NCBI GenBank assembly: GCA_965198175.1
Contig: OZ240245.1
Span: forward strand, 416,001 to 480,000
Reading direction: 5' to 3'
Source: Candidatus Poribacteria bacterium
GTDB lineage: Bacteria; Poribacteria; WGA-4E; PCPOR2b
Length of the DNA: 64,000 bases
Part shown: in pieces, positions 39,266 to 49,363 of the stretch
How the letters are laid out: every line of letters begins with the position of its first letter
Numbering within the stretch: the first letter of the stretch is position 1
Made by a program: the position numbers and the translations under genes
Notes under the pieces: generated by a model
Databases searched by the model: none
Seen by the model: the letters and a program-made list of their open reading frames with translations, nothing else
What the model was told of the DNA's origin: nothing

Positions 39266-42181
39266 TTAATTGACGAAGATGTCCCCCAGCCTGATTTCAA
39301 CCACTTTACCGACTTTTGTTAACTTCTCCATATCTGTCTTGTTCTGATCTCCGACAATAGATATGAGCTTGTGACGGTTTCGCAGGTGTTCTTCATGGAA
39401 TTGGAGCATCAGGTCGATCTTGGATGCTTGAATCTGTTCAAATCGCCATTTTCGCGGATCGATTGGGACCTCTAAGCGTTCCCATGAACGCAACGCTCCA
39501 ATAACGTCTCGGAAGCCGAGTTTGGCGGTACGATAGCGATTCATTATGGAATGACGCGCCTCATCGAAACGTTCGGGCGATTCAGGAAGGTTGTCAATGA
39601 GGTCAATGAAGGCTTCCACAGCCAGAGGCGTTTTATCCGCTTGGCAAGCAATATATCCCCACATCGTATTTTGCTCACCTTTGCGACGCCCCGTAGCGTA
39701 TCTTGCATGTGTTGCATAAGCGAGCGCGCGAGCCTCACGCAATTCCTGGAAGACAATGCCCGCCATCCCACCGGCAAAGTAGGTGTTGTAGAGTTGGAGA
39801 GCCGGATTGTCAGCCTCATTATAGTCTTCATCACCGAATTCGATATCTACCTGCGACTGCGCCATCTCTTTGTGAAAGAAGAAGATTTCAGTCTCTTCCG
39901 GAAGACGGACTTTGAGAAAATGGTAGGGCGGGGGCGTTTGCAAAGTACCTGAGATGGAGTGGTGCTTTTTTAGGACATCCAGCACTTCGTCCAGCGATAA
40001 TGAACCCGCGTAACTGATGGTGTGTTTGTAGTTCAAGAGTTCTTTAATCTCTTTGTGGAGTTCATTCACCGTCAGCCGCCGGACAGCTTCACTGGGTAGC
40101 AAACGCAAATAGCGAGAATCTTTGCCATATCGATTGTAATGCAGAAGGGCGCGGCGTATGGCACGGTAATTTTTCTTGGCATCTTCTCGATTAACCAGAA
40201 TAATTCTGATGAGTTCCTCCAGGGTCGTTGCATCAGCGGTTGGGTGCTTCAGAAGGTCTAGTAGCAATACGAGAGATGCACTGAAATTTTCGTCCAGACC
40301 TGAAATGGTGATTGCGGTTTCGTTGTCTTCAACGTCAATGCTGATAACAGTTCCCAGTTTGTACCACTCCTTTTTTAGGTCTTCGGCACTGTATTCTGAA
40401 GCGCCGGATTTATCGAGCAGTTGAGCGGCGATGTCCAACTTACTATTGTGGCGGCTACCGAGATCGACGGAAATCGTGAATGAAAACAGGTCGTTGATTG
40501 GATTCTGAGCGTAGTAGAGTCTGACGTCGTTGTGATAGTTGGCGATCTGATAGTCTTTATCCGAGACAAAGACTGGCTCAATTTCTTTCACTGGCATCGC
40601 CAAGATTTTTTTGGCAAAGGTGGACTGTCTTGCAGGATCTATCTCGATGGTGTCAATTTGCGGTTTTTCGATGGATGGAACTTCGTGCTGTTCGTCCACA
40701 CGATAACCCGCTACATAGTTGTCGCCGAAATATCGGTTGGCTACCGTGACGAGGTCCTGTTTGGTGAGCTCTTCCATACGTGCGATTTCACCGACGGTGT
40801 CGTCCCAATCCTGATAAGCCAGAAAAGCATCACGCATCATCGTGACCCTAGCGTGATTTGACTCCAATTGCGCCTTCTGGGATTTTTTAAAGTCGGTCAC
40901 AATTGCTGGCACCAACCACGCTTCGAACTCACCTTTTTTAATCAATTCAATCTGATCCAAAAGCAACTGTTCAACCGCTTCGAGAGACTGTTCCTCTTTC
41001 GGGATTCCCCACAGGTATTGCGCGCCATCGTCGTTATCCATGCTAGGATACGAGCCAGCCTGCCGCACCTTCTGCGCCTGATTTAGGTTCAGGTTAATCA
41101 ATCCGGCGGTCGCATTATCCAAAATCATATCAATTAGTTTCAGGGCTTCCGCCTCCTTGTGGTTGCGGCCAGCCGTTCGGAATGCGAGCAGGACATACTC
41201 TTCACCCTGGTAATTGACGGTTACACGTTCTGCACCCTTCGGCGGTTCTTCTTTCCACACGTTCGCTTGGGGCAGCTCTCTTGACTGCCACCGGGAGAAA
41301 TGCTCGTCAATCATTCGGATGGTTGCTTCGGCATCAATGTCGCCGGAGATGTGAATTGCCATGTTATTGGGCACATAGTAGGTATGGTAGAATTCGTACA
41401 TCTTTTTTAGAGATGGATTCTTCAGGTGTTCGACCGAACCAAGAGTTGTCTGTTGTCCGTAGGGGTGATTTTTGTAGAGCAACTTCTTGACTGCTTCACT
41501 AATGATACGGCGTTTGCTGTCCAAAGACCGGTTCTTTTCCTCATAGACAGTTTCCAACTCAGTCTGAAAGAGGCGGAAGACGGGCTCAACGAAACGATCG
41601 GATTCAATCATCATCCACTGATGCAGCCGGTTCGCAGGCAGATCCACCGTGTAAACGGTTTCTTCTACCCATGTATGTGCATTGACGTGTCGTCCGCCCA
41701 TCGCTTTGTAGAGCTTGTCGAGTTCGTTGGGGATGCCGTATTGCGCAGCGAGTTGAGATGCCTGATTAATTTCAGCGTAAATTTCCACGCGCTTCTCTGG
41801 ATTGGTTTCATGGAAATGCGCTTCGTAGAAATCGGTAATTCTGTCTAGATGCGGTTTCTCTTTTTCGTAGTCAACGGTGCCAAAATTCCGGGTTCCCTTA
41901 AAGAGCATGTGCTCCAGATAGTGCGCGATACCGGTTGCTTCAGCCGGATCATGCTTGCTGCCCGCCCGCACAGAAATCTCTGCGTAGAAGCGAGGCTCTT
42001 CACGGTTTTCTGTGAGATAAACCGTCAAGCCGTTGTCCAATTGATAAATCTGGACCGACATCAGATCTGCAGGGTTCGGTTCATTGATGCGTCTATAGCC
42101 AGCCCAGCTAGTGGATACAGTTAAGCTGAGAATCAAAGCTGAAACAAATATCTTGTACAAAACCTCTTTTTCCCGATACAT
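39266..42181 (-). CDS. M16 (insulinase) family zinc peptidase, exported
   Basis: HYLEHMLFKGT (HxxEH), NAHT, E-x-x-TVYEE; signal peptide; FQELREARALAY; start uncertain. Confidence 0.93.
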   Translation of the reverse strand: MYREKEVLYKIFVSALILSLTVSTSWAGYRRINEPNPADLMSVQIYQLDNGLTVYLTENREEPRFYAEISVRAGSKHDPAEATGIAHYLEHMLFKGTRNFGTVDYEKEKPHLDRITDFYEAHFHETNPEKRVEIYAEINQASQLAAQYGIPNELDKLYKAMGGRHVNAHTWVEETVYTVDLPANRLHQWMMIESDRFVEPVFRLFQTELETVYEEKNRSLDSKRRIISEAVKKLLYKNHPYGQQTTLGSVEHLKNPSLKKMYEFYHTYYVPNNMAIHISGDIDAEATIRMIDEHFSRWQSRELPQANVWKEEPPKGAERVTVNYQGEEYVLLAFRTAGRNHKEAEALKLIDMILDNATAGLINLNLNQAQKVRQAGSYPSMDNDDGAQYLWGIPKEEQSLEAVEQLLLDQIELIKKGEFEAWLVPAIVTDFKKSQKAQLESNHARVTMMRDAFLAYQDWDDTVGEIARMEELTKQDLVTVANRYFGDNYVAGYRVDEQHEVPSIEKPQIDTIEIDPARQSTFAKKILAMPVKEIEPVFVSDKDYQIANYHNDVRLYYAQNPINDLFSFTISVDLGSRHNSKLDIAAQLLDKSGASEYSAEDLKKEWYKLGTVISIDVEDNETAITISGLDENFSASLVLLLDLLKHPTADATTLEELIRIILVNREDAKKNYRAIRRALLHYNRYGKDSRYLRLLPSEAVRRLTVNELHKEIKELLNYKHTISYAGSLSLDEVLDVLKKHHSISGTLQTPPPYHFLKVRLPEETEIFFFHKEMAQSQVDIEFGDEDYNEADNPALQLYNTYFAGGMAGIVFQELREARALAYATHARYATGRRKGEQNTMWGYIACQADKTPLAVEAFIDLIDNLPESPERFDEARHSIMNRYRTAKLGFRDVIGALRSWERLEVPIDPRKWRFEQIQASKIDLMLQFHEEHLRNRHKLISIVGDQNKTDMEKLTKVGKVVEIRLGDIFVN

Positions 42182-42246
42182 GTCTTGGGTTCCCTTCTTG
42201 AGAATGTTTTGAAAATCTACAAATTGCAATTAAATCTCCAATCTTC

Positions 42247-43335
42247 TTAATATACCCCCACTACAACTGTCTCCTGCAGGTCAGATAGCAACCGGAGATC
42301 TCGAACGCCGCCCCAAGGGTATTGCTCAATGGGTTCAACCCGTTCGGCTTCGTCCCTTTCTAAGAAGCGTGGCATAAAAAACTCTAACGTCATCGTCGTC
42401 AACATTACCCGACCGGTTTCCCCATAATCGACAGCCTCTTCAGGGTTGTCGCGGTTGACCAATTCAATCACAGCGCGAGGTTGTGGGGGATAGTAGATAA
42501 TCGCATAGTTGTCAGCGGGATTAAACGGTTTAGAACACGCCAACCCCATCAGTGTGTTCCCGTAAGTCGGGACGAAATCAACCCCCGGTACCAACTCTTC
42601 GCGGGCAAAGCGGTGAAACTGGGCATCCATTTCCGTCCCCCCGCAAAAGATGCCTTTAATACCAATCTTTTGTAACGAAATCTTTTCGCACAGCGCCTCA
42701 AGAAGTTTGGGAGTTGTAAAAAGACACTGGATATTTTCATGGGCTCTTAAGATGTTCAACGCCTGATTGATGACATGGTCCTTGTAAGCCTCCAATTCTT
42801 GATGCTTCCCGTACTTAATCAATCTATTCACCCATCGCGGATCTAGATCCACCATAAAACAGATGCCACCTCGGCGTTGAGCTAAATACTCAACGGCAAG
42901 GCGCAGTCGCCTCGGCCCGGTGGGACCCAGCATCAACCAATCGCTCCCCTGTGGAAAACTCTCATCGGAGAGGGTTTGACTAAAGAGATCGTAATCAATC
43001 TGAAAATCACGAATGTTGACGCGGGATTTGGGGACGCCGGTGGAACCGCCCGTTTCAAACACATAAACCGGTTCCTTCGCATACGCTTTTGGCACCCAAC
43101 GTCGTACCGGTCCACCACGCAGCCATTCATCTTGAAAATGTCCCAGAATTTTTAAGTCATCATAGCCGCCAATTTCTTTGCGCGGGTCAAAATCGAGGTT
43201 TCTCGCAAATTCTAACCAGAACGGGGCGCCGGTCTCTGGACTGAAATGCCACTGGACAATTTCACGCACGTGGTCATCGAGTTGGCGGCGTGCCGCTGTT
43301 ATTTTTTGAGATAGAGAAGTGTTTAAGAATTCCAT
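42247..43335 (-). CDS. Adenylate-forming enzyme, PaaK/EhpF/LuxE-like
   Basis: WHFSPETGAPFW, P-loop ETGGSTGVPK, GGT, YGNTLMG, ERD. Confidence 0.7.
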   Translation of the reverse strand: MEFLNTSLSQKITAARRQLDDHVREIVQWHFSPETGAPFWLEFARNLDFDPRKEIGGYDDLKILGHFQDEWLRGGPVRRWVPKAYAKEPVYVFETGGSTGVPKSRVNIRDFQIDYDLFSQTLSDESFPQGSDWLMLGPTGPRRLRLAVEYLAQRRGGICFMVDLDPRWVNRLIKYGKHQELEAYKDHVINQALNILRAHENIQCLFTTPKLLEALCEKISLQKIGIKGIFCGGTEMDAQFHRFAREELVPGVDFVPTYGNTLMGLACSKPFNPADNYAIIYYPPQPRAVIELVNRDNPEEAVDYGETGRVMLTTMTLEFFMPRFLERDEAERVEPIEQYPWGGVRDLRLLSDLQETVVVGVY

Positions 43336-43468
43336 ACCTATTCTTTCTGGTGTTAATCACCTCTGGGAGAGACGACCTTGATTAGACAGCAAACCCTCCT
43401 TACCAAAAAAGGCGGATACAATCCTCTGCTGAAGCATCCTGGACTATCTTAACCCTTGGAAGTTTCTA

Positions 43469-43498
43469 TTGACACCTTATCGTGTCGTGTGCTAAACT
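43469..43498 (+). promoter_or_regulatory. Putative sigma70 promoter
   Basis: TTGACA-18 nt-TAAACT with TG extended -10. Confidence 0.5.
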
Positions 43499-43628
43499 TG
43501 AAATTGCCAGTTGATGGTCTATATCTTTTCAAAGGGGATGGTTTATTCGCCATGCCCTCATCCATTTCACGCTTGGTAATCAGCCAGCGCTCATGGCGAC
43601 TATCTACGACAGACTCGAAGGTACTAAA

Positions 43629-44285
43629 ATGCAAAAAGAGCTAGCCAGTGAACTATCTGAGGATGAGCTTCCACTTTTTCCGCTGCATGTTGTGCTGTTT
43701 CCTGGCGCCATACTTCCCCTTCACATTTTTGAACAGAGATATCGATTGATGATTCAATTCTGCTTAGACAACGAACGTCCTTTCGGAGTGGTTCTCATCA
43801 AAGAGGGGCACGAAGTGGGTGCGCCCGCCGAACCTTTTCTCGTTGGTACATCGGTGCAGATTGTCGAAGTCGATCGGCTCGAAGATGGTCGGATGAACCT
43901 GATAACCCTCGGACAGTATCGCTTTGAAGTCGTAGATATTACGCAATATGAACCGTATTTGGTCGGCAGAGTCAGCGTTCCAGATATAGAGGATATTGAA
44001 GCGGACGAAAACCTCCAATCGCTTGCGGCGAAAGCCTTCCAGTTATACCAAGACTATGAATCCCTATTAGCGAAACTGATTCCAGGCTGGGAGGCGCCGC
44101 AAGACATTCCGGCATCCCCGTGCCCTCTATCTTACCAGATTGGTGCAAGGCTTCAAGTCCATTTGGCGGAAACACAGCAGTTGCTAGAAACGTTACCGAT
44201 TGATGAGCTTTTGACTCGCGAAATCGAGATTCTTGAACGAGAGAACCGACAATTGAGAATTAGGCTAATTGCCCAAAGTAACTAA
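43629..44285 (+). CDS. LON peptidase substrate-binding domain protein
   Basis: LPLFPL-VVLFPG--LPLHIFEQRYRLMI, FGVVLI, LEDGRMNL, PYLVG. Confidence 0.92.
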   Translation: MQKELASELSEDELPLFPLHVVLFPGAILPLHIFEQRYRLMIQFCLDNERPFGVVLIKEGHEVGAPAEPFLVGTSVQIVEVDRLEDGRMNLITLGQYRFEVVDITQYEPYLVGRVSVPDIEDIEADENLQSLAAKAFQLYQDYESLLAKLIPGWEAPQDIPASPCPLSYQIGARLQVHLAETQQLLETLPIDELLTREIEILERENRQLRIRLIAQSN

Positions 44286-44381
44286 AACCGTGTCTCCAAC
44301 CCAGAGAATCGCGTTCCCCGATATTGCATTGCAAGCGTTTACTTTCCGAGACTTTGCTAATTCTGAGATAAAGATAAACAC

Positions 44382-45038
44382 ATGCACCGCCCCTTAAGTT
44401 CAAACAATCCTACCGACATATCCGCCGTCCGAATCAGCGCGCGAGATTTCTTTTATATCAGCAACATTTTGTCCCTAGTGAGAATTGGGCTTATTCCGCT
44501 CATCGTTTTCAGTATCATCCGTCACTATTATTTGATGACACTGGTTACAGGGGGTTTGGCTATTCTCTCTGACATGCTTGACGGCTACTTTGCCCGGCGG
44601 TTGAATCAACAGTCGGATCTCGGAAAAATTTTGGATCCAGTCGCTGACAAATTGGTAATCGGCGTGGTTGTTCTCGCACTGATTCTATCAAATCCAAAAT
44701 TTCCTCTATGGGCTTTTGCAATTGTCATCACCCGTGATCTCCTCATCGTTTTTGGCAACATTGTTTTGTTTCGCCGCAAGCGAATCGTTACGAAATCCAA
44801 TCGTTGGGGCAAGGGCACAAGTTTCGTCCTCTCAACAGCTTTGATGCTTTACGTTTTTGATGACTATTTTAATAACTATTTTCCGGATTCAATACCCTTC
44901 TATGTACTAAGCATCGGTTTGGTGTTAGCGTTGATTTCAGCATGGACCTATGGCAAGCGCTGGTTGTATCTCATGCAAATAAGTAATTCGCCCCAGCCGG
45001 TGGAGACCATTAACCCGAACAAGTCCCCCTCCTCATAG
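44382..45038 (+). CDS. CDP-alcohol phosphatidyltransferase (PgsA/Cls-like)
   Basis: NILSLVR; DMLDGYFARRLNQQSDLGKILDPVADK signature. Confidence 0.93.
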   Translation: MHRPLSSNNPTDISAVRISARDFFYISNILSLVRIGLIPLIVFSIIRHYYLMTLVTGGLAILSDMLDGYFARRLNQQSDLGKILDPVADKLVIGVVVLALILSNPKFPLWAFAIVITRDLLIVFGNIVLFRRKRIVTKSNRWGKGTSFVLSTALMLYVFDDYFNNYFPDSIPFYVLSIGLVLALISAWTYGKRWLYLMQISNSPQPVETINPNKSPSS

Positions 45039-45061
45039 CGGCAAAAAGGAAGTGCTGTCAA

Positions 45062-45544
45062 ATGCCAACAATAATCACTTTAGCTGAGATTGCGGACATG
45101 ATAGGAGTCGAGGACGCCATTATCAGACGAACCCTTGATCGCCGTGATGACGATCTTCAGCCCTATCTACATGAAGGCCCTGAAGACAAAGGACAAAACG
45201 AAGGGGAGACCGATGCGCCGGTTTCCGAACCGCCAACGCCGCTACTGGATTTAGAGGGGCTGCCGCTCCTGATTACGAAACTGGCTTTCAATATTCCCAC
45301 ATTGGATATTATCGAAAATCTTGCCTGCCAAGTGTTGCATCTCACAGTCCTGCGAGAGGAAAACACAGACCTCACGATTAAAAACCGGGAACTTCAAGGT
45401 CAAAATGAGCAACTGCAAGACCGTATCAACGATTTGCAGCATCAAGTTGCGGAACTTCAAAGGGAATTAACCCGGCAAGCAGAGATACAATCTCGCAGTT
45501 GGGTCCACAAATTTTTCCGACGCCGCAAATCAGAGCGTTCCTGA
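45062..45544 (+). CDS. Hypothetical protein: HTH-like N-terminus + coiled coil + basic amphipathic tail
   Basis: TLAEIADMIGVEDAIIRR; heptad-rich LREEN...ELQRELT; SWVHKFFRRRK. Confidence 0.75.
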   Translation: MPTIITLAEIADMIGVEDAIIRRTLDRRDDDLQPYLHEGPEDKGQNEGETDAPVSEPPTPLLDLEGLPLLITKLAFNIPTLDIIENLACQVLHLTVLREENTDLTIKNRELQGQNEQLQDRINDLQHQVAELQRELTRQAEIQSRSWVHKFFRRRKSERS

Positions 45545-45631
45545 AGTCATTCCCTGTCGTCCGAGTGGCTTTTTCCGGAATCTGTATTGGTCAGAGAGGA
45601 TAGCTTACGCACGTTGCTGCTTGCATCGGAG

Positions 45632-45694
45632 AATCCTCCCCCTTGCTAAGGGGGAGCTAGAGGGGGTTAGGTTTTGCACCCGTGCTAAATCCGA
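45632..45694. repeat. REP/MITE-like element, copy 1
   Basis: AATCCTCCCCCTTGCTAAGGGGGAGCTAGAGGGGGT is the exact reverse complement of 55459-55494; flanking GCACCCGTGCTAAATCCGA also matches 55430-55448. Confidence 0.85.
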
Positions 45695-45845
45695 CAGCTA
45701 GTCTGAATTTGGAAATCTAGACCAAGCAAGACATGGTTGTCGGCATTTACCATCTCTGTGGCTAAAACACTTTTTCCCAGAACCCGTATCTTCCAATTAT
45801 AGCATAGTTTCACTCAGCTTATCTACACTTTTGGGTTCTTCCTCG

Positions 45846-46556
45846 ATGAAAATGAATCGCAATCAACTCATCGCACTTGCAACGCTAATTGTTGGCTTGG
45901 TGTTTCTCTATCAGCCGCGATATATTCTGCTGAAGGGGATTGCGTTGCTGCTTTTGTCCCTCTCTGCAATCTTATCGGCAACCTCCTTTTCCAAAAGACG
46001 AATCATTGAGGTCGCCTCTGCAGTTGTGTTAGCCGCCGGATTTACATTTCTCTATCTACCGGTATCAAAGGAGTCGTCCATCCTTTCGATTCTACACGGG
46101 TCAGCCTTTCACCTACTGTTTGCCAGCGCCATCGCTTTCGGTATGACAACAAACCTGAAAAAATCAGCGGCAACTGTAGCAGCAATTATCGTCGTCATTG
46201 GCTTAGTGTTCCTTTACCAACCCTATCTTTTTCTGTTCACGCTTGACCTGCCAGAGGAGTTCTATTCTCTCAGACAGCTTGAGGATGCGATTCGGACTGA
46301 AGGTCAACAACTGAAAGGACACTTCTTTCAACTTGCCCTCACGCTAAAGAACACCGCACTCCATCTGATGCTGGCAGGTATGATTGTGGTTGCGATTGTG
46401 TCACGGCGGAAGGTGTTAATTGAACGCATATCGCTCGGCGGGATTACACTCGGATTGCTCTTTCTTTGTCAACCTTTTTCGATCTTACTTTACCAGACAA
46501 GCTTCCAGATTCTGTTAGGTGGGTTGACCGCATTCATTGTCGTCGCGCATCGGTAG
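45846..46556 (+). CDS. Hypothetical polytopic membrane protein
   Basis: ~7-8 hydrophobic segments with an internal repeated GLVFLYQP / GLLFLCQP motif. Confidence 0.75.
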   Translation: MKMNRNQLIALATLIVGLVFLYQPRYILLKGIALLLLSLSAILSATSFSKRRIIEVASAVVLAAGFTFLYLPVSKESSILSILHGSAFHLLFASAIAFGMTTNLKKSAATVAAIIVVIGLVFLYQPYLFLFTLDLPEEFYSLRQLEDAIRTEGQQLKGHFFQLALTLKNTALHLMLAGMIVVAIVSRRKVLIERISLGGITLGLLFLCQPFSILLYQTSFQILLGGLTAFIVVAHR

Positions 46557-46580
46557 GATGTCCTGAGTTGTCACCTGTTT

Positions 46581-47132
46581 TTAGAGATGGGTGTGTGCCC
46601 AAGTGCGGAGTTGACGCGGATCTTCCGGCGGTGCACCGTTTTGGAGCCAAACAAGGGGTTCTTCTTCTGTAAAGACCGGATTCACCCAAACAATGTGTCG
46701 GATTTCGCCGACATGTTGAGTGGCGTGGGCGAAACACGCCCGGACGGTTTCATCAAGCGAAATGATGGTCTGGTCTGTTTCCCGTGCCGCCTCAAGGAGG
46801 TGAAAATCTTTCCGCATCACTTCGATTTCATTTTCGTGAGTTGTCGTCCCTTCAATTTTGTCGCGCAACGCACGGTTTACGAGAGGTGCGACATAATCGA
46901 ATCTCTTTCTGGCAATCATAGATTTCAGCCATCCGGCTGCAAATTTCGATTGATTCGCCTCCCATTCCTCGGAAAGTTCTAGCGTCATCACAACATGATG
47001 CGGACATTCATCCCTATAGGTCTCAAGAAATTCGGTGCAGTTGATTGATACCGAAGCCGTAGCCTCTTCACCACCGGCGGCCCCTGCAACGGAGGCATTC
47101 ACAACGAGCCGTTTCAAATCCCTCGATCGCAT
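46581..47132 (-). CDS. PIN-domain-like protein
   Basis: LVVNASV (first PIN acidic position is Asn here), EEW, KDFHLLEAA, IISLDE; 1 nt downstream of the ATPase stop. Confidence 0.6.
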   Translation of the reverse strand: MRSRDLKRLVVNASVAGAAGGEEATASVSINCTEFLETYRDECPHHVVMTLELSEEWEANQSKFAAGWLKSMIARKRFDYVAPLVNRALRDKIEGTTTHENEIEVMRKDFHLLEAARETDQTIISLDETVRACFAHATQHVGEIRHIVWVNPVFTEEEPLVWLQNGAPPEDPRQLRTWAHTHL

Positions 47133-47133
47133 A

Positions 47134-48423
47134 TCATGCTCTTTCAGCTAAACGCAATTGGGATGCCTTAATATAACGACTCTGCGCCTTCAAATCGACA
47201 TCATCAAAGTCCTCGGGCCAATCCCCGTAAGCCCCCGCCTCGTCCAGATCGGCGGTGTTGATTTCGGTGGCACCATTTTCACCCCGAGTGAACCAATGCA
47301 GCTTCACCAACTCCGGCGAGAGGCTGCCTTCGGCGACAAGAGTTTGAACCGCCAAAAGCAGCAGCGAACTGTGCGTTTCCGCGACGACTCGGACACCGCG
47401 TTTCGCTGCATCTGCCAGCACTTGTGCCAACTTGACCTGTGCGCGCGGGTGGAGGTGCATCTCAGGTTGTTCAAGATAGACCAGCCGCCCCGGCTCCGCG
47501 ACAACTAGGGCAACCAAAACAGGCAGAATTTGGGACACGCCGAATCCGACATCGGCGATGCTGACCATGTCTGTTTCGCTAGTTCTCTCGTCGGAAAGTC
47601 GCCCGACTTGAAGTTCGATACGGGTATCGCCAATTTTTTTGGTGCCGACCTGCCCAGTCAACCCAAGTATATGAAGAGCATCGGCTAACGACTGTAAACG
47701 CTTTTCTGTTGTCTCCTGCCACTCGTGAATGATACTCGCAGTGTAGTTCTCAAACGTACCGGGGTAGCGTGGACCGCTGCTAGTCAGTTTGTAGAGGCGT
47801 TCTGGGTTGCCGCGTAGTCCGGGAAGATGAATACTGTTGAAAATTTGGGACTCAAAGGTTTCGCTAAGATCGTCATACACAATTCGACCATCTTCAGATT
47901 CAAGACGCAAAAAACATCTTAAACGCTTTACAACAAGATTTTTGCCAATCGACTTGAGCATCGAATCTAGGTCAGCCTGTAACTCGATTGCTTCAAGTGG
48001 CATCCCGGGTTTTAGTGTAAGATGTTCGTCAGGTCTAGTTCTGAATTTAAATTTTCTCGCCATCTCGACAAGTTCAATCCCACTCCGTACCCTTCTGAAA
48101 ATCGTTCTTACCGACACGGACTGATTAGTCTCAATCTCAATCTGAAAGCAATCTTCTCTGTCTTCATGGGTTAACTTGGACAAAAATTGCTCCGCCGATG
48201 TAAACTGAACGTTAGGTCCCTCAAGCAACAGCGGTCCCGGATCATACGGCGCCTCCAGCGTCTGCTTCAGCATCAATAACGGTTGCATAATGCTCGATTT
48301 TCCAGAACTGTTCGCACCGGCAAGAATCGTCAGCGGACGAATGTCGATTGCGCACTCGTTTGCAAGCGGCTTGAAGCCGCTCACGGCTATCTTCGTGATG
48401 CCTTCAATCTTCTTTTTCGACAT
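47134..48423 (-). CDS. ABC-type AAA_15/AAA_21 ATPase with DUF3696-like C-terminus
   Basis: Walker A GANSSGKS, signature VGFGVSQ, Walker B YLEQPEMHLHP, H-loop ETHS, WPEDFDD tail. Confidence 0.9.
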   Translation of the reverse strand: MSKKKIEGITKIAVSGFKPLANECAIDIRPLTILAGANSSGKSSIMQPLLMLKQTLEAPYDPGPLLLEGPNVQFTSAEQFLSKLTHEDREDCFQIEIETNQSVSVRTIFRRVRSGIELVEMARKFKFRTRPDEHLTLKPGMPLEAIELQADLDSMLKSIGKNLVVKRLRCFLRLESEDGRIVYDDLSETFESQIFNSIHLPGLRGNPERLYKLTSSGPRYPGTFENYTASIIHEWQETTEKRLQSLADALHILGLTGQVGTKKIGDTRIELQVGRLSDERTSETDMVSIADVGFGVSQILPVLVALVVAEPGRLVYLEQPEMHLHPRAQVKLAQVLADAAKRGVRVVAETHSSLLLLAVQTLVAEGSLSPELVKLHWFTRGENGATEINTADLDEAGAYGDWPEDFDDVDLKAQSRYIKASQLRLAERA

Positions 48424-48561
48424 GCGTGAGGTACTCCTTTCCGATACCCGGTGTGTGGTGGAACAGGGGATGGCTTATCGCGCTTAAAACTATGCACGGC
48501 GCTGTTGGTATGTGGCTGTATCAAGTCCGCGTTCCATAAGAGTTTTCGGAAAAAAGGGAAA

Positions 48562-48708
48562 CTATTTATGTTTTTTCCCTTGGCGTGTTTGTCCTGTCTC
48601 TCCACTGCTGCGCTTTTTATGCACAACCTTTTCTACAGCTCGTTGAACTTGACGTTCTGTGAGATTTCCTCGTTTGGGCGGGTCTTTGATGGTTCTTTTT
48701 CTTGCCAC
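48562..48708 (-). CDS. Small highly basic protein (48 aa)
   Basis: AAGGAGGTGA Shine-Dalgarno just before GTG 48708; MARKRTIKDPPKRGNLTERQVQRAVEKVVHKKR... Confidence 0.7.
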   Translation of the reverse strand: MARKRTIKDPPKRGNLTERQVQRAVEKVVHKKRSSGETGQTRQGKKHK

Positions 48709-48733
48709 TTTAATCACCTCCTTAAACCATGTG

Positions 48734-49363
48734 TCAATCATCAACTTGCCTAATCCTCAACCATTTCGTAAGTATCAAAAGATAATCATTAAAAATCAAC
48801 TCTTCAACCTTCAATTGAGACTCTTGAGCTATTTCAGGCAAGTCCCCTATAAAGTCTTGGTAACGTCCCCAAATGATGCTTCCACTTGGGATTGTCTGTC
48901 GTTTCGATGCAGTGCGGAGCCAATTCCGTACGACTGTTATAATTTCTTCAGAATTATTGTTATGAGCCTGAATATCTTGCCCGGCAATGTCTGAGATAAA
49001 CAGTTGATACCGGTACCGTTCTTTGTCCAGTATGAGGCAATTTTTCCTTTTTTGTTCGTTTATACCAAATTTCTTTGCTCCAAGAAAAACCCCCAATTCC
49101 AAAGGCATATTAAATCGAGGGAAACCTGAAGTCTCGTCTAATTCTGTTCTCGATATATCATGAATTCCATAACGGCAGTCCGCGATGATGTTATAAATTT
49201 TATCGATTCGAACTTGGCTTGCGTCTTCCTCTTCAAGGGCACAGCGAGCAATGAAACCACAATCATGTACTGCAAATACCATTGCATCGAATAATTGCTT
49301 ATAAGCTGAATCAAATGGGCAATTGAGAAATACATTGTCATTATAGTCTCTGGGCGATTTCAT
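48734..49363 (-). CDS. Nucleoside 2-deoxyribosyltransferase/TIR-like fold protein
   Basis: NVFLNCPFD, RIDKIYNIIADCRYGIHDIS, RFNMPLELG (catalytic-Glu-like), SDIAG. Confidence 0.7.
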   Translation of the reverse strand: MKSPRDYNDNVFLNCPFDSAYKQLFDAMVFAVHDCGFIARCALEEEDASQVRIDKIYNIIADCRYGIHDISRTELDETSGFPRFNMPLELGVFLGAKKFGINEQKRKNCLILDKERYRYQLFISDIAGQDIQAHNNNSEEIITVVRNWLRTASKRQTIPSGSIIWGRYQDFIGDLPEIAQESQLKVEELIFNDYLLILTKWLRIRQVDD

